From the NCBI GenBank assembly GCA_002897855.1, contig BDTO01000067.1, positions 9,950-73,949 on the forward strand: DNA of 64,000 nucleotides, read 5' to 3'. Below the pieces are notes generated by a model. That model had not been told where the DNA came from. It saw only the letters and a list, made by a program, of their open reading frames with translations, and did not search any database. Shown piece by piece: positions 43,071 through 51,521 of this stretch (position 1 is its first letter; every line of letters starts with the position of its first letter). This stretch comes from a bacterium BMS3Bbin05 (GTDB taxonomy: Bacteria; Nitrospirota; Thermodesulfovibrionia; Thermodesulfovibrionales; BMS3Bbin05). The translations under genes and the position numbers were made by a program.

Positions 43071-43144
43071 ATCCCTCCAGAAATATTCAATACGCGACTT
43101 TCCCATTTGCCCGTGAAAAGATAATAAAGATATAATGTTAAATA

Positions 43145-43285
43145 GAGTCTGTGTATAAAGTCAGTCTCTCTATCTGTCATTTCCCGACGTAGTCGGGGAA
43201 TCTATTCTTTTCAATAAGTTCCGGATGCCCGATTACAGGCTTCGGGCATGACAAAAGCAAGAAATGGCAATTTATACACAGACTC
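43145..43285 (+). mobile_element. GAGTCTG-TIR MITE, copy 2
   Basis: Perfect TIR GAGTCTGTGTATAAA/TTTATACACAGACTC; TAAATA direct repeat on both sides. Confidence 0.92.
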
Positions 43286-43325
43286 TAAATAAGAACTTTA
43301 TAATTATTGCCGATCGGAGGTATAC

Positions 43326-44522
43326 ATGAAATACATCATCGCAGGCAATGGTGTGGCAGGCACAACCGCTGCTGAACATATCAGAAAAAATGACCCCGAC
43401 GGCAGTATAACGGTTGTCTCTGACGAAGCCATTCCATTTTACAGCCGCATCAGGCTCATCGATTTTCTCGCAGGTGATTTAACCGCTGAGGATTTAATTA
43501 TACGGGATAAAGAGTGGTACAGAGAAAACAGGATTGATCTCATGCTCGGCACAAGGGTAGAAAGCATTGATACGGGGGAAAAAGAGGTAGCCCTGTCAAA
43601 TTATAAAAAATTAGTATATGACAGGTTACTGCTTGCTTCAGGTGGTATAGCGTTTGTGCCCCCTGCCATGGGCGCACAAAAAAAAGGTGTATTTACCCTG
43701 AGGACGATCGATGACGCCCGGAATATCGTTGAACATGTCGGGAATGGAAATAAGAGGGCAGTCCTGATAGGTGGAGGTGTGCTCGGTCTGGAAGCCGGAA
43801 ACAGCCTTCTGAAGGCAGGATGTTCGGTAACAGTCGTTGAATTCTTTCCGAGGCTTCTCCCAAGACAGATGGACTCAGAGGGGGCGGAGATACTCAGGGC
43901 GCAGATGGAAAAGAAAGGGTTTTCGTTTCATCTTGGAGTATCGACGGAGGAAATAACCGGCCGGGAAAGCGTTGACGGCATAATGCTCAACAACGGTATA
44001 CGCATTGATTGCGACATGGTGTTAATCTCGGCAGGGGTCAGACCGAATACTCTTCTTGCCGGTGAACTGAATCTGACAGCAGCTAAGGGATTGACAGTAA
44101 ATGACAGGATGGAAACAGGTATCAGTGATGTATATGCAGCTGGAGACCTGGCACGGCACCGTGGCGTTTTCTACGGCATATGGCCTGCAGCGGAAAAACA
44201 GGGTGAGGTCGCAGGTATCAATATGGCCGGGGGAAATGCAGTTTACAAAGGCACAACAATATCCAATATCCTGAAAGTGGCCGGTGTCAAATTTGCAGCG
44301 GCCGGCGATATCGACCCGGACGGCAAACATGAAGCAATTGTTCTAAAGGACAGCAACAGTTTTATTTATAAGAAACTTGTAATCGATGAAAGTAAAATAA
44401 TAGGGGCAATCCTGTATGGGGACCTGAAGGATATGATGAAGATATTCAGGACCATCGAAGATAAAAAGAATATTGAAAATATAAGACATCAGCTTGAGAA
44501 ATGGAATCTGCAATACCTCTGA
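43326..44522 (+). CDS. NAD(P)/FAD-dependent oxidoreductase (rubredoxin reductase / NirB N-terminal-like)
   Basis: GNGVAG, LLLASG, GGGVLGLE, GVRPN, YAAGD. Confidence 0.9.
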   Translation: MKYIIAGNGVAGTTAAEHIRKNDPDGSITVVSDEAIPFYSRIRLIDFLAGDLTAEDLIIRDKEWYRENRIDLMLGTRVESIDTGEKEVALSNYKKLVYDRLLLASGGIAFVPPAMGAQKKGVFTLRTIDDARNIVEHVGNGNKRAVLIGGGVLGLEAGNSLLKAGCSVTVVEFFPRLLPRQMDSEGAEILRAQMEKKGFSFHLGVSTEEITGRESVDGIMLNNGIRIDCDMVLISAGVRPNTLLAGELNLTAAKGLTVNDRMETGISDVYAAGDLARHRGVFYGIWPAAEKQGEVAGINMAGGNAVYKGTTISNILKVAGVKFAAAGDIDPDGKHEAIVLKDSNSFIYKKLVIDESKIIGAILYGDLKDMMKIFRTIEDKKNIENIRHQLEKWNLQYL

Positions 44523-45020
44523 ATACCCGAAGAGTTTCTTGACATAGTAAACAAATATGGTGAAGTCACCGGATCTGCATCAAGGGATGACATACACCAT
44601 AATAACAATCTTCTCCACAGTGTAGTCCACCTTCTCGTGTTCAATTCAGAAGGACGGCTTCTCCTCCAGAAACGCTCGATGTCAAAGGACATCGCTCCCG
44701 GCAAATGGGACACTTCCGTCGGCGGACATATATCACAGGGAGAAGACATTTATACGGCATTAGGACGGGAAACAAAAGAGGAGCTATCCCTCACCGGGTA
44801 CGATGCGGGATTTCTTTACTCCTACATACACACAGATGAGAGGGAATCTGAACTGGTCTACTCCTTCAGGTGTATTTATGACGGAAAGATAGAGTTTGAC
44901 CCAACCGAAATCTCGGAGGTCAGGTTCTGGGATATGCAGAAAATCACTGAGATCATTGATACCGATATCTTCAGCGACAACTTCAGGGATGAATTCAGAC
45001 GATATCTCGAATTTGCATGA
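44523..45020 (+). CDS. Nudix hydrolase (YfcD/IPP isomerase-like); start codon uncertain
   Basis: EEFLDIV...G.ASR..IH..LLHSVVH, LLQKRS, PGKWD..VGGH...GE......RETKEEL; homology extends about 38 codons upstream of the ORF-track start. Confidence 0.85.
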   Translation: MPEEFLDIVNKYGEVTGSASRDDIHHNNNLLHSVVHLLVFNSEGRLLLQKRSMSKDIAPGKWDTSVGGHISQGEDIYTALGRETKEELSLTGYDAGFLYSYIHTDERESELVYSFRCIYDGKIEFDPTEISEVRFWDMQKITEIIDTDIFSDNFRDEFRRYLEFA

Positions 45021-45082
45021 TGAAACATACATGCCCCGGCACATGCCGGGACACAAGGGAGAATAAAGACACCCACCATAGT

Positions 45083-45115
45083 CCCCCCTGGCAAGGGGGG
45101 GAATTAAAGGGGGTG
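45083..45115. repeat. C-run/G-run palindromic repeat
   Basis: CCCCCCT-GGCA-AGGGGGG then AGGGGGTG; similar units at 7911-7931, 24094-24114, 47913-48030. Confidence 0.6.
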
Positions 45116-45146
45116 GAGGATTTTCAGGTGAAAAAACCGAACAAAG

Positions 45147-46667
45147 CTATTTCTGATGCATGAGATTATGAACCATCCCGGTAACACTTCGGAAATCGAT
45201 TTTACCGCTTCCCATCTTCGGCAGCTCTTCTATTATTACGAACTTCTTTGGCAATGCAATATTCGGAAGCTGCTTTCCCATCTTTTTAAGAATATTTTTT
45301 TCATCCACACCGGCGGTAACGGCAGCGACTATCTTCCCACCTTTGAGCGGGTCGGGCACCTCCACAATGCAGCATGCGATACCGGAAGGCAGTACACTCT
45401 CCAGGACATCCTCCACCCTCACCAGTGAGACCATTTCTCCACCGATCTTTACGAACCTCTTCAGTCTACCGGCATGCCACAAATAACCATCCTCATCCAG
45501 ATATCCCATATCTCCGGTATCATACCAACCGTGCCTGACCCTCATAGAGGTCTCCTCGAGGTCGTCCAGATAGCCCTTCATAACAAGGTCGCCCTTTACC
45601 AGAATCCTGCCTGTCTCTCCAATCTCACAGTTTTCACCGGTCTCATAATTCTCGATCCTGACTTCAACCCCTGGCAGAACCTTTCCAATGCTGCCGGGTC
45701 TGTTATATTCATGTGAGTTGGCCGATATGACCGGGGATGTCTCGGTAGTTCCATAACCTTCCAGAAGCGTAATTCCATGTTTTTCATTATACCCCTTTCT
45801 AAGCGTATCGGGGCATTTGTCCGCACCGCTCACGATCAGGCGCAGACTTTCAAAATCGCCGGGGGCCGATTTGCTAAGATATCCCCAGAGAAAACTGGGT
45901 GTGCCTGCAATTACAGTCGGCCTTTCCTCGCGGGCAATAGTACAGACCTTGGCAAAATCGAGCGGATTTGCATACAGGATATCAGTCATACCATAACACA
46001 GAGGAGTCCAGAGGTTGACGTTAAAACCGAATACATGAAAGAACGGCAGAATTCCGAACATCCTGTCCTTAGCAGACAAGCCGACGAACCTGCCGAAACT
46101 CATGATGTTAGACAAGATATTGCGGTGGGTCAGTTGCACTGCCCTGGGTTCTTTTTCACTCCCGCTCGTAAAGAGTATTACAGCTGTTTCATCATCGTTT
46201 CCCCGGTGAACAAATCTCCGGACCAGCGCAGCAGGAAGTTGTGCTATTGATGCAGCCCTCAATTTCTCTACCGTCGAGATTCCCTCCATTATATCTTCAA
46301 TGAATATCATGCCGTCAATTACAGGACAATTAATCTTTTCAAGAAATGTTCTGGAGGTAATAACAGTCTTAAAGCCGCATTTTTCCTGCGCAAATTCTGC
46401 ATTCTTTTCAGCTCCGGTAGAATAATTGATCATAACCGGCGTCCTGCCACTCATAAGAAGACCCACAACAGTAAAAGCTGCACCTGCAGATGTGGGGATC
46501 ATGATCCCAATAAATCCCTCTTCAAACTTTCTGAATTTGCGGGCAAGAATAAGGGTAGCTATGAGTGCCCTGCCATATGTAATTTTCCTGTCTGTGCTGC
46601 GGTCAATGAAGGCGAGCTTTTTCCTGTTCTCTTTTGCAATTTCAATAAATCTTTTATGTAATGTCAT
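45147..46667 (-). CDS. Stand-alone acyl-ACP synthetase-like AMP-binding protein (Aas C-terminal domain)
   Basis: FTSGSEKEPR.V.LTH.N, EGYGTTETSP, YDTGD, GRLKRFVKIGGEMVSL, GSGKID; start MTLHKRF. Confidence 0.88.
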   Translation of the reverse strand: MTLHKRFIEIAKENRKKLAFIDRSTDRKITYGRALIATLILARKFRKFEEGFIGIMIPTSAGAAFTVVGLLMSGRTPVMINYSTGAEKNAEFAQEKCGFKTVITSRTFLEKINCPVIDGMIFIEDIMEGISTVEKLRAASIAQLPAALVRRFVHRGNDDETAVILFTSGSEKEPRAVQLTHRNILSNIMSFGRFVGLSAKDRMFGILPFFHVFGFNVNLWTPLCYGMTDILYANPLDFAKVCTIAREERPTVIAGTPSFLWGYLSKSAPGDFESLRLIVSGADKCPDTLRKGYNEKHGITLLEGYGTTETSPVISANSHEYNRPGSIGKVLPGVEVRIENYETGENCEIGETGRILVKGDLVMKGYLDDLEETSMRVRHGWYDTGDMGYLDEDGYLWHAGRLKRFVKIGGEMVSLVRVEDVLESVLPSGIACCIVEVPDPLKGGKIVAAVTAGVDEKNILKKMGKQLPNIALPKKFVIIEELPKMGSGKIDFRSVTGMVHNLMHQK

Positions 46668-46675
46668 ATCTATAC

Positions 46676-46835
46676 ACGGACTGTTGCCGAAACCATAAAT
46701 TGTCATCCCTGAACCATGTGTCCCGAAAACTCCCGGGATATTGTTTCAGTGTCTCGTACCTCATTATTCTTATTAGATTCTGAATCAAGTTCAGAATGAC
46801 AGTAAGGGCATTTTCACATTTGGGCAATAGCCCGT
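46676..46835. mobile_element. MITE-like element with REP doublet
   Basis: TIRs ACGGACTGTTGCCGAAA / TTTGGGCAATAGCCCGT; GTCATCCCTGAAC...TTCAG and GATTCTGAATCAAGTTCAGAATGAC. Confidence 0.78.
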
Positions 46836-46912
46836 ACACACTATTGTCCAACAATATATATCTGCATTCCGCTGAACCGAAAGGCCCGTACCCATTCAAC
46901 ATTCTATTCAAT

Positions 46913-47055
46913 ATTGATCTTCCCGGCGGCTCCGCCTGTCTGCGTGCGGCACGCACAGGCAGGCCGCCGGTAATCTAATGCAGGGAATTTTGCATTATTA
47001 TATTCGCTCCCCGATAAAAGACTCGGGACAGGCACATCCGCTCGCTATACATTTA
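46913..47055. repeat. ATTGATCTTCCC repeat, copy 2, with 29-bp palindrome insert (46935-46963)
   Basis: Direct alignment to copies 1 and 3. Confidence 0.9.
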
Positions 47056-47749
47056 ACGCAGGTTTAACATCCTTGTGAAAATCCAGTGTAGAGAAGTAAT
47101 CACCGATTGCAGACCTGTATTCCCCTATCGCCTTCATAGCCTCCCTGGCGAGATTAAACCTCATCTCCAGAGTAATATTCCCCTTATTCTCCTTCACTGA
47201 ACTGATGAAGCCGGGATACTGGGAGGGTGATGTGAGCACAGCGATACTGTGCCAGTTCTTGGCCGACGCCATTGTCATTGCCGGACCGCCGATATCGATA
47301 TTTACCCTCGCAATCTCCGGTGTTGCATCTTCCTTTGCTATAACTGATGTGAAGGGATAGAGGTTACCTGCAAAGACATCAAAATATACTCCGGGGCCCT
47401 TCCCCATAACGGATAGTGTCCTGTACAGGTATTCCTCGTGGGCAGGATTCCCTCTTTCACCAAGAAGACCTGCATGAATCTTGGGGTGAAGGGTTTTGAC
47501 AAGTCCGCCTTCCATCTCGGGCGCGCCGGTATATTCTTCAACAGACATATAGTTCTCTGAGGTATTCACACCAAGTATTTCCATTATCTTCCTGCCTGTA
47601 CCACCTGTGGAATAAAACTTTACGTCCGGATTAACTTTCAGTAACCCTTTCACAAGCCCTTCAAGACCATCTTTATTATAGACGCTCACAAGGACGTGGG
47701 ACGGCCTGATCAGGTCAACTATGCTATAGATATTCTCTCTGATGCTCAT
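47045..47749 (-). CDS. Stand-alone IMP cyclohydrolase (PurH N-terminal MGS-like domain only)
   Basis: SVYNK, STGGT, GGLVKTLHPKIHAGLL, NLYPF, IDIGGP..ASAKN; no transformylase domain; GGAGGA RBS before MSIREN. Confidence 0.85.
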   Translation of the reverse strand: MSIRENIYSIVDLIRPSHVLVSVYNKDGLEGLVKGLLKVNPDVKFYSTGGTGRKIMEILGVNTSENYMSVEEYTGAPEMEGGLVKTLHPKIHAGLLGERGNPAHEEYLYRTLSVMGKGPGVYFDVFAGNLYPFTSVIAKEDATPEIARVNIDIGGPAMTMASAKNWHSIAVLTSPSQYPGFISSVKENKGNITLEMRFNLAREAMKAIGEYRSAIGDYFSTLDFHKDVKPALNV

Positions 47750-47771
47750 TTCCTCCTCCGGTATGCAGTTT

Positions 47772-47885
47772 ATTGATCTTCCCTGTGGCCCTGCCACCGG
47801 TAATCTAATGCAGGGAAGATTTTATTATTATATTCGCTCCCCGATAAAAGACCCGGGACAGGCACATCCGCTCGCTATCCATTTA
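47772..47885. repeat. ATTGATCTTCCC repeat, copy 3 (empty allele)
   Basis: Lacks the 29-bp palindrome present in copies 1 and 2. Confidence 0.9.
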
Positions 47886-47911
47886 AATTGGTAAAGACCC
47901 CCCGATACTTT

Positions 47912-48090
47912 TCCCCTCTTTGGCAAAGAGGGGTTAGGGGAGATTTTTTTAATTACAATTGATTCCATATCGCTCATGTTTTTCCCTGATTCAAATCCCC
48001 CCTTAAGCCCCCCCTTTTCTAAAGGGGGGGTAAATATTATCGATCCACCCCGCGATAAGGCCACGAGGAATAGGCTCGCTATCTATCTTA
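47912..48090. repeat. Inverted pair of C-run/G-run repeats followed by a partial CTCGCTATC-terminus repeat
   Basis: CCCCTCTTT-GGC-AAAGAGGGG..GGGGAGATTT ... AAATCCCCCC..CCCCCCTTT-TCT-AAAGGGGGG; GGCTCGCTATCTATCTTA. Confidence 0.7.
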
Positions 48091-48272
48091 GAGTAACATA
48101 TAATAATACACACAGAAGAGTTTTATCCATGTTATTTCCGGCAATAACATGACAAAACCATTGCATTATCCGTCATTTCCACTTCCTAATAGCGCCAGAT
48201 TATGATATCATATTAAAAGTAAGGGATAATCAGGACACTATATTATAAGCGCTATTTCATGATGGAGGGAAT

Positions 48273-48635
48273 ATGGCGGATGACGCAAGGAAGTATCCAA
48301 GATACCAATTGATCGCCACAGCTGTCATAAGAACAGAAAATGACTATCGCAAACGTATATCATCACTCATCGAAAATATTTCGCTGAACGGCATCGGACT
48401 CCGCACATACAGGCATATTGATTCCGGCACCGAGACATCAGTTGAATTAATATTCATGACAAGGCGCGGGATGAAGGCAATAGCCAATGTAAAAGGCAGG
48501 GTAGCCTGGATTTCACAAAAAAATGATTTTTTCAGCCTTGGAATTTCCCTTGATGAAGAAGTGAGCCGGGAGAAACACCCCATCCTTTACGAATACTACT
48601 CCAAGGGTGTTACCAGGTATATCTGGAACAAGTAA
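48273..48635 (+). CDS. PilZ domain protein (c-di-GMP receptor)
   Basis: RKYPR (RxxxR) and NISLNG (D/NxSxxG), G.VAW. Confidence 0.88.
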   Translation: MADDARKYPRYQLIATAVIRTENDYRKRISSLIENISLNGIGLRTYRHIDSGTETSVELIFMTRRGMKAIANVKGRVAWISQKNDFFSLGISLDEEVSREKHPILYEYYSKGVTRYIWNK

Positions 48636-48667
48636 ACCCATGGAACCTATCATTATACAGGCGATAT

Positions 48668-49282
48668 TCAATCCACCAATTTCTTATTTATCAGATTGGC
48701 AATTGCCTGTATTTCATTACTTGTATATTTAATCCTGACTTTCGATCTTTTTTCTTCAATCATGTTATCCAGGACAGAGAGAACGCCGAGTATCTGTTCA
48801 GCAGAAAGTCCGGTTTTCCTGATTGTCTTTTTAATGCCCGACTCCTTATACATGGATTCAAGCAATCCCTCTACATCATCAAGAGTCAGCCTCAGTTTAA
48901 ATGCCTTGAGAGCAGGTGTCCCGATATACAAACATTTATCAATCACAGACAGGGTAAACTTCCATGAATCAACTTCTTTTATCAAAATCTCATCGGAATG
49001 TCTGCCGGCTTTCTTTACATTAATTTTGTCATTCGCTTCCGGTTCCAATTTTCCGCCTTCTTTCCTCGAACCTTTTGCCCGATTTTCCAGAACATGTTCC
49101 GACGTCCCATCAGAAATATCTTTCACAAAAACATCGTTCTCCGTATCGAAATCCGAGGTCTGCTTCAAACCCTGTTCGTCGGCCTGATGGCCGCATATGC
49201 AGACCAGCACATCCTCATCATTTTCGCTCCCGCAAACCGGACACCTCCACCGCATAATTTTCCCTCCTGTTTCATTTTCCAT
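48668..49282 (-). CDS. Hypothetical protein with N-terminal zinc-ribbon-like motif
   Basis: WRCPVCGSEN......CICG; remainder not recognised. Confidence 0.7.
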   Translation of the reverse strand: MENETGGKIMRWRCPVCGSENDEDVLVCICGHQADEQGLKQTSDFDTENDVFVKDISDGTSEHVLENRAKGSRKEGGKLEPEANDKINVKKAGRHSDEILIKEVDSWKFTLSVIDKCLYIGTPALKAFKLRLTLDDVEGLLESMYKESGIKKTIRKTGLSAEQILGVLSVLDNMIEEKRSKVRIKYTSNEIQAIANLINKKLVD

Positions 49283-49673
49283 ATAGAATAAACATATATT
49301 TTCTTATATTATATCACCTTATTACAGCCATACAAATGGAGATCCGATTAACGCCAGTTCAGTCAGTCCATACAAGCACATCATCAGTACAATCATAACA
49401 GCGGCATCCTGGTCGAGTTCATTATTTCTTGAATCATCCTTCATGGTTATTATTTATAATATTGACACATGTACAGCAACAATGCAAGCCGCATTATCAA
49501 AAGAGCTCATGGACAGAAAGACAGTTCGTCTCTGATGCGGATTATATTAATTGACTACATGAATACATTTTATTTAAAATCATCTAACAGGCTTTACCGC
49601 CACACTATCCACGATGCATTGGTTAACCTTCCGGGTTACGACTGTGGAAATATTTCAGGCAAGAGGTAAAAAT

Positions 49674-51167
49674 ATGTCAGAAGAAATAATGAAAAGCCAT
49701 ACTCCGTCATCGCAGTTCGACACCGGGCAGGATGGTGACAAAGAGAGCTTTGCTGAACTTTTTGAAAAGAACGGCAGACTTCCCGAAAGATTAAAACCGG
49801 GGCAAAAGATCAGTGCAAAGATTATAAGTCTTTCCGGAGATGTCGCATTTCTTGACCTGGGCGGCAAAAGCGAAGGTATAATTGATCTGGATGAATTCAG
49901 GGATGAAGACGGCAAGATCTCCGTAAGCGAAGGCCAGGAGATAGAAGCCTTTTTTGTCAGCAGCAAAGATGGTCTGATGAAGATGACCACACTCCTTCGC
50001 GGCAACCCCATTGCTTCTCTCAATGCTATAGAAAGCGCTCATAAATCAGGAAATGCGCTGGAAGGCATTGTAGCCAGGAAAGTCAAGGGGGGGTATGAGG
50101 TAAAAATTCATGGAGTAAGGTCTTTCTGTCCCATGTCTCAGATTGACCTGAGGGTGCCCAATGATAGTACTTCGTACCTGAATAAATCATTTCATTTCAA
50201 AATCCTTGAATATAAAAAAGAAGGCCAAAACACTGTTGTCTCCAGGCGCGCCATTCTTGAAGAGGAAAGGCGCTCAAAGATAGAAAAGCTCAAAGAGACC
50301 ATCGAGGAAGGGACGGATGTTTCCGGACGGATAAGCTCGATACACAATTTCGGTGTTTTTGTCGACCTTGATGGACTGGATGCCCTGATACCGGTAAGTG
50401 AACTATCATGGGGGAGGATCGACAATCCAGCTGATTTGTTTTCCGTTGGCCAGGATGTCACCGCAAAAGTAATATCGGCAGACTGGGGAAACGAACGCCT
50501 CTCTTTGAGCATAAAGGCTACTCAGCCTGACCCATGGTCTTCTTTGCAGGATAAATATCCTGAAGGTACCAGGGTTCACGGAACCATTGTACGGCTCGTC
50601 CCTTTTGGTGCATTTGTAGCACTTGAACCGGGAATTGACGGCCTTATTCATATCTCGAACCTGGGCACGGGAAGAAGGATAAAGCACCCTAAAGAAATTG
50701 TCAGGGAAGGCCAGGCTATAGAGGCGTATGTTATATCTCTTGATCCGTCGAAGAGAAAGATTTCACTTTCGATACAACCTTCACCAGAAAAGGAAAAAAT
50801 CAAGTATCCGGAAGAAGGTACAATCGTGGAGGGCACAGTGGAAAATGTTATGCCGTATGGAATATTTCTCAAATTCACTGAAAAACTTACCGGCCTGATT
50901 CCCAGCGCTGAAATGTCCACACCGAGGGGGTCTGATCATGCCCGTATGTTCCCGGTCGGGTCTCTCATGAAGGCCGTTGTTATTGATGTAGATAAAAAAA
51001 GCGGCAGGGTACGGCTCAGCAGAAAGGCGGTAGAGGAGAAAGAGGTACGCAGTGATCTTGAAACTTACAAAAATAAAGTTAAAGAGGAACATAAATCATC
51101 TGATGGAATGGGAAGTCTTGGAAAACTTCTGAAGTCAAAAATGGAAGAGAAAAAAATAGCGTTCTGA
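49674..51167 (+). CDS. rpsA: 30S ribosomal protein S1-like protein (five S1 repeats)
   Basis: SFAELFE, DLGGKSEG, FCPMSQID, FGVFVDL..LIPVSELSW, FGAFV..GLIHIS; start MSEEIM. Confidence 0.88.
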   Translation: MSEEIMKSHTPSSQFDTGQDGDKESFAELFEKNGRLPERLKPGQKISAKIISLSGDVAFLDLGGKSEGIIDLDEFRDEDGKISVSEGQEIEAFFVSSKDGLMKMTTLLRGNPIASLNAIESAHKSGNALEGIVARKVKGGYEVKIHGVRSFCPMSQIDLRVPNDSTSYLNKSFHFKILEYKKEGQNTVVSRRAILEEERRSKIEKLKETIEEGTDVSGRISSIHNFGVFVDLDGLDALIPVSELSWGRIDNPADLFSVGQDVTAKVISADWGNERLSLSIKATQPDPWSSLQDKYPEGTRVHGTIVRLVPFGAFVALEPGIDGLIHISNLGTGRRIKHPKEIVREGQAIEAYVISLDPSKRKISLSIQPSPEKEKIKYPEEGTIVEGTVENVMPYGIFLKFTEKLTGLIPSAEMSTPRGSDHARMFPVGSLMKAVVIDVDKKSGRVRLSRKAVEEKEVRSDLETYKNKVKEEHKSSDGMGSLGKLLKSKMEEKKIAF

Positions 51168-51372
51168 CCTATTTCAGGATTGGCAATCTTTTAATGTAAT
51201 CTTATAAACCTGATTCAGGTCGAAATATTTTATTTCGGCTTCGGGAGATCACGAAAATATCACATTGCGATCGCTTTTATTACATAATACTATCTTACGG
51301 GGCGTTCCTTACGGCTCCGGCAGTTCTCCCAACAAAGAAATTGTGATATCTTAATGTATAAAGCTATAATTA

Positions 51373-51515
51373 AAGTTTGGGTATAAATTGCCGTTTTTTA
51401 TTTTTGTCATGCCCGAAGTCTGTAATCTGGCATTCAGAACTTATTGAAAAGAATAGATTCCGGCTTAAGGACTGCCGGAATGACAGGTAGAGGGACTGTC
51501 TTTATGGACTGACTC
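51373..51515 (-). mobile_element. GAGTCTG-TIR MITE, copy 3 (degenerate TIRs)
   Basis: Reverse complement of the 42578-42720 type; flanked by TAATTA on both sides. Confidence 0.88.
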
Positions 51516-51521
51516 TAATTA

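Noticed and set aside
44523-44560. SECIS after the oxidoreductase UGA
   Set aside because: Only a 4-bp AAGA/TCTT stem 11 nt from the UGA, and the position is an interdomain linker rather than a Cys-equivalent site
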